A stretch of DNA of 64,000 nt from Escherichia coli (GTDB lineage: Bacteria > Pseudomonadota > Gammaproteobacteria > Enterobacterales > Enterobacteriaceae): assembly GCF_030013595.1 (NCBI RefSeq), contig NZ_CP122768.1. One strand, written 5' to 3'. Of this stretch, positions 1 to 10,645 are shown one piece after another. Positions within the stretch are counted from its first letter, which is position 1. Each line of letters begins with the position of its first letter. The notes below the pieces were generated by a model. That model had not been told where the DNA came from. It worked only from the letters and a program-made list of their open reading frames with translations, and ran no database searches. The position numbers were made by a program, and so were the translations under genes.

Positions 1-958
1 TTCTCTGCGCATTAGTCGCGGGGAGATTTTCCTTGCTTTGCGCGATCTGAGCAGCAAACTGGTAGTGGAGGAGTTGCAGGAACTGGCGTTAAAAGATGAC
101 TCGCCATTGCTGGATCGTATCATTTCCCATATCGATCAGTTTTTTATCCGCCACCAGAAAAAACTTGAGCGTCTGACTTCGATTGCCATTACCTTGCCGG
201 GAATTATTGATACGGAAAATGGTATTGTACATCGCATGCCGTTCTACGAGGATGTAAAAGAGATGCCGCTCGGCGAGGCGCTGGAGCAGCATACCGGCGT
301 ACCGGTTTATATTCAGCATGATATCAGCGCATGGACGATGGCAGAGGCCTTGTTTGGTGCCTCACGCGGGGCGCGCGATGTGATTCAGGTGGTTATCGAT
401 CACAACGTGGGGGCGGGCGTCATTACCGATGGTCATCTGCTACACGCAGGCAGCAGTAGCCTCGTGGAAATAGGTCACACGCAGGTCGACCCGTATGGGA
501 AACGCTGTTATTGCGGGAATCACGGCTGCCTCGAAACCATCGCCAGTGTGGACAGTATTCTTGAGCTGGCACAGCTGCGTCTCAATCAATCCATGAGCTC
601 GATGTTACATGGACAGCCGTTAACCGTGGATTCATTGTGTCAGGCGGCATTGCGCGGCGATCTGCTGGCAAAAGACATCATTACCGGGGTGGGCGCGCAT
701 GTCGGGCGCATTCTTGCCATCATGGTGAATTTATTTAACCCACAAAAAATACTGATTGGCTCACCGTTAAGTAAAGCGGCAGATATCCTCTTCCCGGTCA
801 TCTCAGATAGCATCCGTCAGCAGGCCCTTCCTGCGTATAGTCAGCACATTAGCGTTGAGAGTACTCAGTTTTCTAACCAGGGCACGATGGCAGGCGCTGC
901 GCTGGTAAAAGACGCGATGTATAACGGTTCTTTGTTGATTCGTCTGTTGCAGGGTTAA
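1..958 (+). CDS. mlc: Mlc (DgsA) ROK-family glucose-responsive repressor, 5' end cut by window edge
   Basis: Frame of ORF 38..958 stays open to the window start. Translation matches my memory of E. coli Mlc, including the ROK zinc motif HTQVDPYGKRCYCGNHGCLE. Confidence 0.9.
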   Translation, partial: SLRISRGEIFLALRDLSSKLVVEELQELALKDDSPLLDRIISHIDQFFIRHQKKLERLTSIAITLPGIIDTENGIVHRMPFYEDVKEMPLGEALEQHTGVPVYIQHDISAWTMAEALFGASRGARDVIQVVIDHNVGAGVITDGHLLHAGSSSLVEIGHTQVDPYGKRCYCGNHGCLETIASVDSILELAQLRLNQSMSSMLHGQPLTVDSLCQAALRGDLLAKDIITGVGAHVGRILAIMVNLFNPQKILIGSPLSKAADILFPVISDSIRQQALPAYSQHISVESTQFSNQGTMAGAALVKDAMYNGSLLIRLLQG

Positions 959-1082
959 CATTTTTTAACTGTTCTACCAAAATTTGCGCTATCTCAATTT
1001 GGGCCAGGAAAGCATAACTTAGACTTTCAAGGTTAATTATTTTCCTGGTTTATATTTGTGAAGCATAACGGTGGAGTTAGTG

Positions 1083-1778
1083 ATGCTGAAGCGTTTCTTT
1101 ATTACCGGTACAGACACTTCTGTAGGGAAAACGGTGGTTTCCCGCGCATTGCTACAAGCGTTAGCCTCCCAGGGAAAAACGGTTGCGGGATATAAACCCG
1201 TAGCAAAGGGGAGCAAAGAGACACCCGAAGGGCTGCGTAATAAAGATGCCCTGGTGTTGCAGAGTGTTTCAACCATCGAACTGCCTTATGAAGCAGTTAA
1301 TCCTATCGCGTTAAGCGAAGAAGAAAGTAGCGTGGCGCACAGTTGCCCAATCAATTACACCCTCATTTCAAACGGCCTGGCAAACCTGACCGATAAAGTC
1401 GATCATGTCGTGGTAGAAGGGACTGGCGGCTGGCGCAGTCTGATGAATGATTTACGTCCGCTCTCTGAATGGGTGGTGCAGGAACAACTGCCGGTGTTGA
1501 TGGTTGTCGGTATTCAGGAAGGTTGCATTAATCATGCACTACTAACAGCTCAGGCGATTGCCAACGACGGGCTGCCGCTCATTGGCTGGGTGGCTAACCG
1601 AATCAATCCAGGACTTGCGCATTATGCGGAAATCATTGATGTGCTGGGTAAAAAACTTCCGGCACCGCTCATTGGTGAACTGCCTTATCTGCCGCGCGCC
1701 GAACAGCGTGAACTGGGGCAATACATCCGCCTAGCTATGCTGCGCAGTGTGCTGGCGGTAGATAGAGTCACGGTGTAA
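1083..1778 (+). CDS. ynfK: Dethiobiotin synthetase paralogue YnfK (BioD2)
   Basis: ATG at 1083 gives [17 protein letters not shown] (BioD-type P-loop). Synteny between mlc and clcB as in K-12. Confidence 0.9.
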   Translation: MLKRFFITGTDTSVGKTVVSRALLQALASQGKTVAGYKPVAKGSKETPEGLRNKDALVLQSVSTIELPYEAVNPIALSEEESSVAHSCPINYTLISNGLANLTDKVDHVVVEGTGGWRSLMNDLRPLSEWVVQEQLPVLMVVGIQEGCINHALLTAQAIANDGLPLIGWVANRINPGLAHYAEIIDVLGKKLPAPLIGELPYLPRAEQRELGQYIRLAMLRSVLAVDRVTV

Positions 1779-2987
1779 CGTCCGCGAAATTACCGACGCA
1801 ATTACGCAGGCAATCAATAAACCGGGGAGTAGCTGATACTCCCCGGTCATTTCACATATCATCAACGTCGACATAATCGGCGCGTGCGTGGTCGCCGCCA
1901 ACAGTGTCGCCATTCCGGTTAATCCGAGTAAAAGCGTAATTTCTTCGCCATCAGGGAACCATAATCCCAGGCTACGACCATACAACATGCCAATGGCAAG
2001 ACCGATAAATAGCGTCGGTGTAAAGACACCACCGGGCGCGCCAGAACCACTACTCGCCAGCACGGCAAACAGTTTACAGAGGAAGATCCCGGCAATGATC
2101 ATTAACAGTGGCGGAGCGGTTAAAAAGGATTGTACGGTGCTATAGCCGTTGCCCCACACTGCAGGTGTGAACAGGGAAAGCAGACCCACGATCAACCCGC
2201 CCAGTGCCAGTTGCCAGGGCGGCGCAAGCTTGAGACTTACAAATTCACGATGACAGGCGTTCATCAACGTTAACAACAGTGGTCCGCACAGACCTGCCAG
2301 CACACCTGTACTGATAATCAGCGCATAGTCACGAGCCTGAACCGTCACTGAGAGTTGTACACTGTAGAGTAACGCGTCGCTATGATTAATCAGATTGCTA
2401 ACCAGCAACGCCACGACGGCGGAAATAATCACCGGGCCGAGAGAGGCCAACATCATAGTGCCAAACAGCACTTCGGCTATAAATAAACTGCCAGCAAGCG
2501 GGGCGCGATAGGCCGCAGCCATTCCCGCCGCAGCTCCACAGGCGATCCATAATTTCCACTCCTGGCGTGGCGTAAAACGTTGGGCAAAACAGGAGGCGGC
2601 AAGGGCAGCTAAAAGAATCATCGCACCTTCGCGACCAATTGCACTGCCGCTGGTTACTACCAGCAGAGAGGCAAGGGATTTAACCAGGCTTGCTGCGTAA
2701 TCAAACTGCCCATCGGTTTGCAACGCTTCCATGTAATCGGTCGGCGCATGAGGGCGTTGCTGGGTAAATTTCTGCCAGCCCATCAGCAACAAACCCGCCG
2801 CCAGTCCGCCGAGCGCCGGAGTTAGCAGCCGTCGCCAGGGGGAAAGATTTGTCGCTGCATTGACCAGACTGCCCGAGTCATTATTGAGGAACAACCACTC
2901 CAGTAGCAGCATCGCATGACGAAACCCGGCAACGGCAAAGGCCGCAAGAATACCGACGACTGTTGCGATAAGCAGACGGCGGAACAT
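1731..2987 (-). CDS. clcB: ClC-family voltage-gated chloride channel ClcB
   Basis: ORF 1731..3023. K-12-like start [11 protein letters not shown] at 2987. ClC motifs GSAIGREGA and GGVFTPTLF. Polytopic membrane protein. Confidence 0.9.
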   Translation of the reverse strand: MFRRLLIATVVGILAAFAVAGFRHAMLLLEWLFLNNDSGSLVNAATNLSPWRRLLTPALGGLAAGLLLMGWQKFTQQRPHAPTDYMEALQTDGQFDYAASLVKSLASLLVVTSGSAIGREGAMILLAALAASCFAQRFTPRQEWKLWIACGAAAGMAAAYRAPLAGSLFIAEVLFGTMMLASLGPVIISAVVALLVSNLINHSDALLYSVQLSVTVQARDYALIISTGVLAGLCGPLLLTLMNACHREFVSLKLAPPWQLALGGLIVGLLSLFTPAVWGNGYSTVQSFLTAPPLLMIIAGIFLCKLFAVLASSGSGAPGGVFTPTLFIGLAIGMLYGRSLGLWFPDGEEITLLLGLTGMATLLAATTHAPIMSTLMICEMTGEYQLLPGLLIACVIASVISRTLHRDSIYRQHTAQHS

Positions 2988-3180
2988 AGTGCGCAGATCC
3001 GGATAGATGTGTAGATGATGCATGAGCAGAAATGGGCAATGAAATACGGGCGACTATTTTGCGGCAAAAGAAGCCAGACGCAAAAGCAGTGCGTGCTTTA
3101 AGAGATAAAAAACGTGACACTGTAACCTATTATTGCCGAATTGCGCCTAATCGACACCATCCGGCAATATTACGGTGATC

Positions 3181-3795
3181 CTATCGAAAGAGTGGTTTAA
3201 CCGCGACAGGAATTAACAGTTGTGATTGCCATTGCGCCAGCGTTAAGCGAGCCAGTTCACCCAGTGCACGGTAGAAAGGGTGTTCTGCTTTTTCGATAAA
3301 AACGTCAAGAAAACGTGTTGACCACGGAAAAAGGTGCCATGCCAGCAATTCTTCGCATTCTGTCTGGCGACCATTCTCCGCCAACCACGCAGCCATCAAC
3401 AGCAGTGAACCAAAATGATCTTCCGGTTCGTTTTGCTTCATTTCAAACTGAATGCCTTTCTCGCGCATCCACTGACGAAGTGCCAATGTTGAATCGCCAA
3501 ACAGCACAGATTCGCGATCCAGCCAGACCGACCCCCACGGCGGTGATGGCAGAGCCCACGGACCGACAAACAAACGCTGCCAGGCCTGGGCGCGAGTCTC
3601 TTCACTCTGTGCCTGAAAAGCCGTCACCAGCGGCGCTAATGACGCTTCTGGTAGAGGCCACTGAGTTTCCCAGCCGTCACGGGTGAGTACCGCAACCAGA
3701 GGTGCGGCTTCCGCACTCTCTGGAGCGTAATAAAACAGCGCGCCCAACACGCGCGCCGCGACAGAAAAATTATCTTGCTGTGAAAAATGGGTCAT
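3181..3795 (-). CDS. dmsD: Tat proofreading chaperone DmsD
   Basis: Start MTHFSQQDNFSV at 3795. Translation recognisable as DmsD (TorD family). Last gene of the ynfEFGH-dmsD operon. Confidence 0.9.
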   Translation of the reverse strand: MTHFSQQDNFSVAARVLGALFYYAPESAEAAPLVAVLTRDGWETQWPLPEASLAPLVTAFQAQSEETRAQAWQRLFVGPWALPSPPWGSVWLDRESVLFGDSTLALRQWMREKGIQFEMKQNEPEDHFGSLLLMAAWLAENGRQTECEELLAWHLFPWSTRFLDVFIEKAEHPFYRALGELARLTLAQWQSQLLIPVAVKPLFR

Positions 3796-3837
3796 TCCTA
3801 ACATCCTGAAATGTGCGGGTTGCCCCGCACCAATTTG

Positions 3838-4692
3838 TTAACCTGCAATAGCCATTCCTACCGTCATGTGCAGGCCATAAAAGAGCACACGCCCGATCAT
3901 CTCACCGCCAAGTATGAGGATTAGCCCCAGAACAAGTCCGGCAACGTGAGGTTCACGGCGACGAATGAGCGGACAAAGCCAGCATCCTAGACCTGCGCAT
4001 AACAATACCACACGCCAGACCTGTAAGGAGGCGTAATCTGGTACCAGTGCGCTGGCTTGTTGTACGGATGAGTGAATAGACGCCAGAGACAAACCTTGCA
4101 GCACAATCACCCCGGCACAAGCGATCAGCGCCAGAACGCTAATGATGGCAAAGGGTGTGGTATTAAATGTAATGCGGGCTGCCCGCAGAATTGCGGCAGC
4201 AAGTATTGGACCGCTCAACAATACTGTCAGGAAGAAAGCCAGCGTAGTGTAACCGTTATGCCAGGTTGGCACTGTGTCGATTTGATACACGCAGGTCATC
4301 ATCCAGACGAAAATGACGCCGAGCGCCATGCTGACAAGTAACCAGAGTTTCCCCAACGCTTGCGGCATTTTACCGATGATCGCCACCAGCCACCATAATC
4401 CGCCAACGGCAAAAAATATGGAACCGGCAGCAATCTCGTTACTCAGACCAGAAGCTCCGATTCGATTCAGCGAGTTAAACGCTCGCAGTGGCGATCCCAG
4501 GTGCATGACAGAGGCAATAAACCCGATGCCCATCAACAGCCAGAGGAAAAACATGCCACGGACAATACGCTGACGGTCTGCGTCATTATTGGCGGCGAAC
4601 CAGCCAATTCCGCTAACAATCAGCGCGCCTACTACGCATTGACCCAATACGGTAAAGATAACCAGTGGCCATTCATGCCATCCATTTCCCAT
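3838..4692 (-). CDS. ynfH: DmsC-type membrane anchor subunit YnfH
   Basis: Start MGNGWHEWPLV at 4692, immediately after the ynfG stop. 284 aa hydrophobic protein. Confidence 0.9.
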   Translation of the reverse strand: MGNGWHEWPLVIFTVLGQCVVGALIVSGIGWFAANNDADRQRIVRGMFFLWLLMGIGFIASVMHLGSPLRAFNSLNRIGASGLSNEIAAGSIFFAVGGLWWLVAIIGKMPQALGKLWLLVSMALGVIFVWMMTCVYQIDTVPTWHNGYTTLAFFLTVLLSGPILAAAILRAARITFNTTPFAIISVLALIACAGVIVLQGLSLASIHSSVQQASALVPDYASLQVWRVVLLCAGLGCWLCPLIRRREPHVAGLVLGLILILGGEMIGRVLFYGLHMTVGMAIAG

Positions 4693-4693
4693 T

Positions 4694-5290
4694 TTACACT
4701 TCCTCCGGATTAGCCAGATAACCAGTGGTATCGCCGGTCGGGCGGCTGTTGGCGTTAGGTTTGATAACGATATTGGGTTTTGTGAAATGCGCGCGCGGTA
4801 GTGGCGCGACGGCAGCCAGAGTGCCGTGCTTCTGGCGCAGCTCTTCAATTGGACCGAACTCAAGTGCACGCAGCGGGCAGGATTCGACACATATGGGTTG
4901 TTTCCCCTCGGCGACGCGCGAATAACAACCATCGCACTTCGTCATGTGTCCTTTTTCAGCATTGTACTGTGGCGCGCCGTACGGACAAGCCATGTGGCAG
5001 TAGCGGCAGCCGATACAAACATCTTCATCAACCACCACAAAGCCATCTTCACGCTTATGCATTGCGCCGCTGGGGCAGACTTTTGTACATGCGGGGTCAT
5101 CGCAATGGTTACAGGAGATGGAGAGATAATAAGCGAACACGTTCTGGTGCCAGACGCCGCCAGCATATTCATAAATACGGCGGAAACTGACTTCCGGGCC
5201 AAGATCTTTAAAATCTTTGCACGCCAGTTCGCAGGTTTTACAGCCAGTACAGCGGCTGGAATCGATAAAAAATCCATATTGTGTGGTCAT
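4694..5290 (-). CDS. ynfG: DmsB-type 4x[4Fe-4S] electron-transfer subunit YnfG (198 aa here)
   Basis: MTTQYGFFIDSSRCTGCKTCELACK plus further Cys clusters. Appears 7 codons shorter than the 205-aa K-12 protein as I remember it (see findings). Confidence 0.88.
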   Translation of the reverse strand: MTTQYGFFIDSSRCTGCKTCELACKDFKDLGPEVSFRRIYEYAGGVWHQNVFAYYLSISCNHCDDPACTKVCPSGAMHKREDGFVVVDEDVCIGCRYCHMACPYGAPQYNAEKGHMTKCDGCYSRVAEGKQPICVESCPLRALEFGPIEELRQKHGTLAAVAPLPRAHFTKPNIVIKPNANSRPTGDTTGYLANPEEV

Positions 5291-5300
5291 GGGCTACTCC

Positions 5301-7727
5301 TTAAACCTTTTCGATCTGGACAAGATTGCTGTGCGACGGGTTTCCCTTTGCCAGCGGTGAAGGGCGGTGAGAGGTCAGAATATTGATACTGCCGCCGTGA
5401 TCGACCCGGTCACCAAACATATCCGCTTTAAGCCACGCACCTTGCCCGATGGCGGTAACGCCAGGCAGAATACGCGGAGTCACTTTTGCGGCAATCAGCA
5501 TTTCTCCATTATTGTTAAATACCCGCACGGTATCGCCATGACGGATACCGCGTGCCTGAGCATCAATAGGGTTGATCCACACCTCTTGTGGGCAGGCCTG
5601 CTGTAACACATCAATATTGCCGTAGCTGGAGTGGGTACGCGCTTTGTAGTGGAAGCCCGTTAACTGCAGTGGATAGGTTTTCCGCAGGGGATCGTCCCAG
5701 CCATCAAAACCTGGGGTATACGCAGGAAGGGGATGAATAATTTCATCTTTTTTCAATTCCCAGGTATCCGCAATCGTCGCCAGTCGTTCAGAATAAATTT
5801 CGATTTTCCCCGAAGGTGTTTTCAACGGGTTTGCCTGTGGATCTTCACGGAATGCGCGGAAAGCGACGTAGTGTTCTTCCGGGCATTTTTTCTTAAAGAT
5901 CCCGGTCGTTTTCATCTCCTCGTAGTCGGGCATCTCAGGGTTACGTTCCTTCGTTTTCGCATGGAGATATTTGATCCATTCATGCTGACTGCGACCTTCA
6001 GTAAAGGTTTGATAAACGTCTGGTCCTAAGCGTTTGGCAACTTCACTCAGCATCCAGTAGATGGGTTTGCGTTCAAATTTTGCTGAGGTTGCGGGTTGGG
6101 CGAGGATCACATAGCCCATATTCCCGGCAGATTCGTGAGAGATAAGGTCTTCTTGCTCTGTTGGCATCAGGTCGGGCAACAGGATATCGCAATACTTAGC
6201 CGAGGCAGTCATGAAGTGGTCAATGCCAACAATCATCTCGCACTTGCTGTCATCCTGAAGCACCTCATGGGTGTGATTGATGTCGCCATGTTGATTGATC
6301 AATGTGTTACTGGCGTAGCACCATAAAAACTTGATGGGGACATCCAGTTTTTCTTTTCCACGAACACCATCACGGGTCGCGGTCATTTCCGTACCGTGGT
6401 CGATGGCATCTGTCCATGTAAAGACGGAAATCTGCGTTTTAACAGGATTCTCAAGCATCGGGAACCATTCTACCCCCAGATCCCAGCTACCTTCGCGTAC
6501 ACCTGAGTTGCCGCCGTTTATGCCGACGTTACCGGTGAGAACGGAAAGCATGGCAATAGCGCGGGACGTTTGTTCGCCGTTGGAGTGTCGTTGTGGCCCC
6601 CAACCCTGACAAATATAAGCAGGTTTTGCTGAACCGATCTCTCGTGCCAACTGGATAATTTTTTCTGCCGGGATGCTGGTGATTTTTGCTGCCCATTCCG
6701 GCGTTTTAGCTATGCCGTCAGGCCCTTCGCCCAGAATATAGGCTTTATAATGCGCGTTACGTGGTGCGTTGGCGGGCAGCGTTTTTTCATCGTAACCAAC
6801 ACAATATTTGTCGAGAAATGGCTGATCGACCATGTTTTCAGTAATCAGTACCCAGGCAATCGCACAGGCCAGTGCGCCATCGGTGCCTGGGCGAATTGGC
6901 AGCCATTCATCTTCACGCCCGGCAGCAGTGTCGTTATAACGTGGATCGATGACGATCATGCGTGCGTTTGAACGTTCTCGGGCTTGCTCGACGTAGTAAG
7001 TGACACCACCGCCGCTCATCCGGGTTTCTGCCGGGTTATTTCCGAACATAACGACCAGTTTCGTATTGGCTATATCATCCGGGCTGTTGCCATCATTGGC
7101 ACCGAACATATAACTCATTGCGGCACTGATTTGAGCGGTACTGTAGCTGCCATAGCGACTGAGAAAACCACCGCAAGAGTTCATCAGACGGTACGGGACG
7201 TTCGAGTTGGTGATGTTTCCGCCATCTACGCCTGTTCCGTACAGGACATGTACAGCCTCATTGCCGTAATCTTTAAGGATCCGCCGAAGATTATCACTGA
7301 TGGTATCCAGGGCTTCATCCCAACTTATCCGTTCAAATTTACCTTCACCGCGCTTGCCGACGCGCTTCATGGGATATTTCAACCTGTCAGGATGATTCAT
7401 CCGTCGGCGGATAGAGCGCCCGCGTAAACATGCCCGAACCTGATGATTACCGTAGACGTCGTCACCTGTCGTATCAGACTCCACCCAGTACACGGTGTCA
7501 TCTTTCACATGCAAACGTAACAGACAGCGGCTCCCGCAGTTAACGGTGCAGGAACTCCAGACCGCTTTCTCTTCTACCGGTGTCTCTGCCGCTCGGACCA
7601 TTTGGGAAAATGGCAGAGTGAAAGCACTGCTTGCCAGCGCAAGACTGCCAAGTGCGGAGGTTTTCATCAGACTTCTACGGCTGATTTCAGCCTTCATGAG
7701 CGCCTCTGTGGTATGGATTTTCATCAT
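5301..7727 (-). CDS. ynfF: Molybdopterin oxidoreductase catalytic subunit YnfF (DmsA paralogue, Tat-exported)
   Basis: 808-aa ORF. Twin-arginine signal SRRSLMKTSALGSLALA, N-terminal Cys cluster CTVNCGSRC, DmsA-like throughout. Confidence 0.92.
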   Translation of the reverse strand: MMKIHTTEALMKAEISRRSLMKTSALGSLALASSAFTLPFSQMVRAAETPVEEKAVWSSCTVNCGSRCLLRLHVKDDTVYWVESDTTGDDVYGNHQVRACLRGRSIRRRMNHPDRLKYPMKRVGKRGEGKFERISWDEALDTISDNLRRILKDYGNEAVHVLYGTGVDGGNITNSNVPYRLMNSCGGFLSRYGSYSTAQISAAMSYMFGANDGNSPDDIANTKLVVMFGNNPAETRMSGGGVTYYVEQARERSNARMIVIDPRYNDTAAGREDEWLPIRPGTDGALACAIAWVLITENMVDQPFLDKYCVGYDEKTLPANAPRNAHYKAYILGEGPDGIAKTPEWAAKITSIPAEKIIQLAREIGSAKPAYICQGWGPQRHSNGEQTSRAIAMLSVLTGNVGINGGNSGVREGSWDLGVEWFPMLENPVKTQISVFTWTDAIDHGTEMTATRDGVRGKEKLDVPIKFLWCYASNTLINQHGDINHTHEVLQDDSKCEMIVGIDHFMTASAKYCDILLPDLMPTEQEDLISHESAGNMGYVILAQPATSAKFERKPIYWMLSEVAKRLGPDVYQTFTEGRSQHEWIKYLHAKTKERNPEMPDYEEMKTTGIFKKKCPEEHYVAFRAFREDPQANPLKTPSGKIEIYSERLATIADTWELKKDEIIHPLPAYTPGFDGWDDPLRKTYPLQLTGFHYKARTHSSYGNIDVLQQACPQEVWINPIDAQARGIRHGDTVRVFNNNGEMLIAAKVTPRILPGVTAIGQGAWLKADMFGDRVDHGGSINILTSHRPSPLAKGNPSHSNLVQIEKV

Positions 7728-7784
7728 TACTCACTTATTGCTTTTCAAACAAAATGTCATGCCAGAATTTATGGTTGTAGTGGG

Positions 7785-8811
7785 TTATATTTTTTCGATC
7801 TCGACCAGATTAGTGTGCTGCGGGTTTCCCTTCGCCAGTGGTGAAGGGCGCAGAGTGGTTAGCGTATTCACACAGCCGCCATGGTCGATTTTATCGCCAG
7901 ACATATTGGCCTCGTGCCAGGCTCCCTGGCCCATAGCGCTAACCCCAGGGAGAATGCGTGGTGTTACTTTGGCTGGTAGCCGAACTTCGCCACGATGGTT
8001 AAACACCCGCACCATATCGCCGTTGGCAATCCCACGTTTCTGTGCATCTATAGGGTTGATCCACACCTCCTGACGGCAGGCTTCCTTCAGGACATCAATA
8101 TTGCCGTAGGTCGAGTGGGTACGGGATTTGTAATGGAAACCAAACAGTTGCAGTGGGAAGGTTCTACGTTCAGGGGAGTCCCAGCCTTCAAAGGTTGAGG
8201 CATAAACTGGCAGTGGGCTTATCACTTCATCTTTTTCCAGTTCCCAGGTACGGGCAATTTCCGCCAGCTTGCTGGAATAAATTTCAATCTTACCGGAAGG
8301 CGTTTTAAGTGGATTTGCCTCGGGGTCGTCACGAAATGCTTTGTAGGCGACAAAATGACCATTGGGATCTTTACGCTTATAGATACCCATTTTTTTCAGT
8401 TCGTCGTAAGACGGTAACGCCGGATCTTTGGCAAGCATTTTGGCGTACAGATGTTGTAACCATTGTTCCTGCGTGCGACCTTCTGTGAACTTTTGATAGA
8501 CGTCAGGTCCAAGACGTTTCGCGACTTCACTCAGGATCCAGTAAATCGGTTTGCGTTCGAATTTTTCGCTGGTGACTGGCTGAAGGAAAATGAGATATCC
8601 CATGTTACCTGCGTAGTCGTTAGGAATAATATCTTCCTGCTCAACGGTCATCAGGTCTGGCAGCAGAATGTCGGCATATTTTGCCGATGAGGTCATAAAG
8701 TTTTCGATGACCACAATCATTTCGCATTTCGATTCGTCCTGCAGAATTTCATGCGTTTTGTTGATGTCAGAATGCTGATTAACCAGGGTATTTCCCGCGT
8801 AGTTCCAGATG
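7785..8811 (-). pseudogene. ynfE: ynfE 3' fragment (codons after ...KFIWN), separated from its 5' part by the island
   Basis: The translation from NYAGNTLVNQHSDIN to the C-terminus EIEKI is YnfE-like. The N-terminal 49 aa of track ORF 7785..8951 are read-through into island DNA. Confidence 0.9.
8801..8811. repeat. Left copy of 11-bp direct repeat AGTTCCAGATG (att core / target duplication of the island)
   Basis: An identical 11-mer occurs at 18242..18252. Host ynfE sequence continues on the outer side of each copy. Confidence 0.85.
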
Positions 8812-8876
8812 GACTCCACTGTCAGACGGATGGACGGACTTGAAGTAGTTGACTCAACGCTACTTAAGGTCCTGAT

Positions 8877-10485
8877 ATGACTGACATTAACTATGATAAT
8901 ACTGTATATCCATCCAGCTCTTTCTCTGGGTCTCCCTATCTGTATGGGCAAGTCTACACCTCAAGTCCTGACACAAGGCTGACACAAATCAATCTACTCA
9001 GCGTAGCTAAGCCTCAGTTAGTCCGTAGAGCCAATGGTCGATATACTATCCGCTTCAGACTCAAGGGACAGACCACACCGTTTCTTTCAGTATCGACCCG
9101 AAGCACAGACAGGAGAGTAGCCACAATGCGTCAGAGAGAGCTTGCAGCCACAGCTAAGGCCTTCATGTTGGATAGGCCTGAAGTCTCACTACAGGAGCTT
9201 ACAGAGCATCTCCGGTCTATGGCTGAGCAGTTCCTGACAGACGCTAGTGACGATTACTGGAATGGACTTGAGGTCGCTACTTTGGTGGACGAGAAGTCCA
9301 ACCTGAAGGAGCTAGCCGCTACGCAAGCCTTGAGTCTGGACCAGCAGAAGGGCATAAGGTTAGCGCTTGAAGTCCTGACCGCAGCACAGCAGAGGGTAGA
9401 TACTGGTGATACGTCCAGTCTAATCAAGCTGATTGGTGGTGGCGTAAGCCAGCTTACTGATGGAGATGACAATAACCTTACTAATAACTCAACTATATGC
9501 GACTCTACGTTGATTCTGAGGAACGAGCAGGGGGTCAGCCCGCAAGTATTCACGAGAGAGCGCCAACCATCTGTAGTTTTTTCAAGCCTAGTGTCCTCAC
9601 TGCTGGCTGAGAAGGTCCAGACCCTGAAGTCCTCCAGCTACAAGGACCTGTCGTCCTCACTGAATACCGTCTCTCGGTTTCTGCCTGAAGATATGGACCT
9701 GATGTCCCGCTCTGAGTGGCTGGCAGTGAGGGACGCTATGCTGGCTGCTGAGGTGAGACCATCGACAATCAACAAGCTGCTGACCAAAGCGAAGATGTGT
9801 CTCGATTATGGCCTGATGAATGGGCAACTTGAGGGCCGCAACCCTATTGAACGGATGAAGCTGACCAAGGATACCGACTCCAAGCGCAGAGCGTTCACAG
9901 ACGAGGAGCTGGAGAGACTTCTGGTCCGTGTTGAGGCTGAGTATCAGTTCACACGACACACGGCTCACACGACCTCTGAGGCCCGTAGATGGGCGTCTCT
10001 GGTGTCTGTGGTCACTGGCGCGAGGTCTGCTGAGGTCTGCCACCTGACTAAACGTGACGTTGTAACCTTGGACAATGGACTGGTCTGTATCGACATCAAT
10101 GAAGATGGGGACGGGAAGTCTGTGAAGAACAAACATTCAGTCCGACTTGTGCCGTTAACCGATGGGGCCTGTGGTTTCAGCCTGAAGTCCTTCCTCAAAT
10201 GGGTAGACACTCAGCCTGCTGATGGTCCCCTCTTTGGTATGACTCCGAGTGCCTACTCTAGTTGGTTTAACTCTAGGGTCCTGACTGAGGCCCTAGGAGA
10301 CGCTGAGAACGTTTCTCCACAGTCTGAGACATTGGCTGGCGACCCGAATGAAAGAGCGTGGAGTCAATCTGGTGGACGCTCAAGGCATCTTAGGTCACAG
10401 CAGTCAGTCCATTACGTATGACCTGTACGGGAAAGGACACGCTGTTGGTAGGCTGGCTGAGGTGCTGAAGACAGCTTTACTTTAA
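8877..10485 (+). pseudogene. Tyrosine recombinase (integrase) interrupted by a frameshift; ~535 aa if repaired
   Basis: Frame 1 (8877..10421) carries VTGARSAEV (box I Arg) and KNKHSVRLVPL. The catalytic LHSLRHWLATRMKERGVNLVDAQGILGHSSQSITYDLYGKGH is in the +1 frame and ends at 10485. The shift must lie in 10297..10317, probably the TTT run at 10312-10314. Confidence 0.8.
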
Positions 10486-10581
10486 GTAGGAAGACCCAAG
10501 GTGGAGACCATATACGGCTTGATGGTTGAGACCTTGGGTCACTGAAGTCTGACTGAAGTTAGGGAGGGTGATAATAATCAT

Positions 10582-10604
10582 AATCCCTCCTGACTATAGG
10601 CCCA
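10582..10604 (+). promoter_or_regulatory. Phage single-subunit RNAP promoter look-alike AATCCCTCCTGACTATAGGCCCA
   Basis: A GACTATAGG core resembling the T7 CACTATAGG, directly after the hairpin GGAGGGTGAT..ATCATAATCCCTCC downstream of int. Confidence 0.35.
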
Positions 10605-10645
10605 CTGGTTCGCCTTCGGCTGTCCGACTCTAAGTCTGTCTGTGG

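Noticed and set aside
7495-8073. 192-aa plus-strand ORF across the ynfF-ynfE junction
   Set aside because: It is antisense to two well-supported genes, has no SD, and gives a low-complexity translation.
7785-8951. 388-aa ORF as an intact gene
   Set aside because: Only residues from NYAGNT onward are YnfE. The first 49 aa are read-through of island DNA on the antisense strand of the integrase start.
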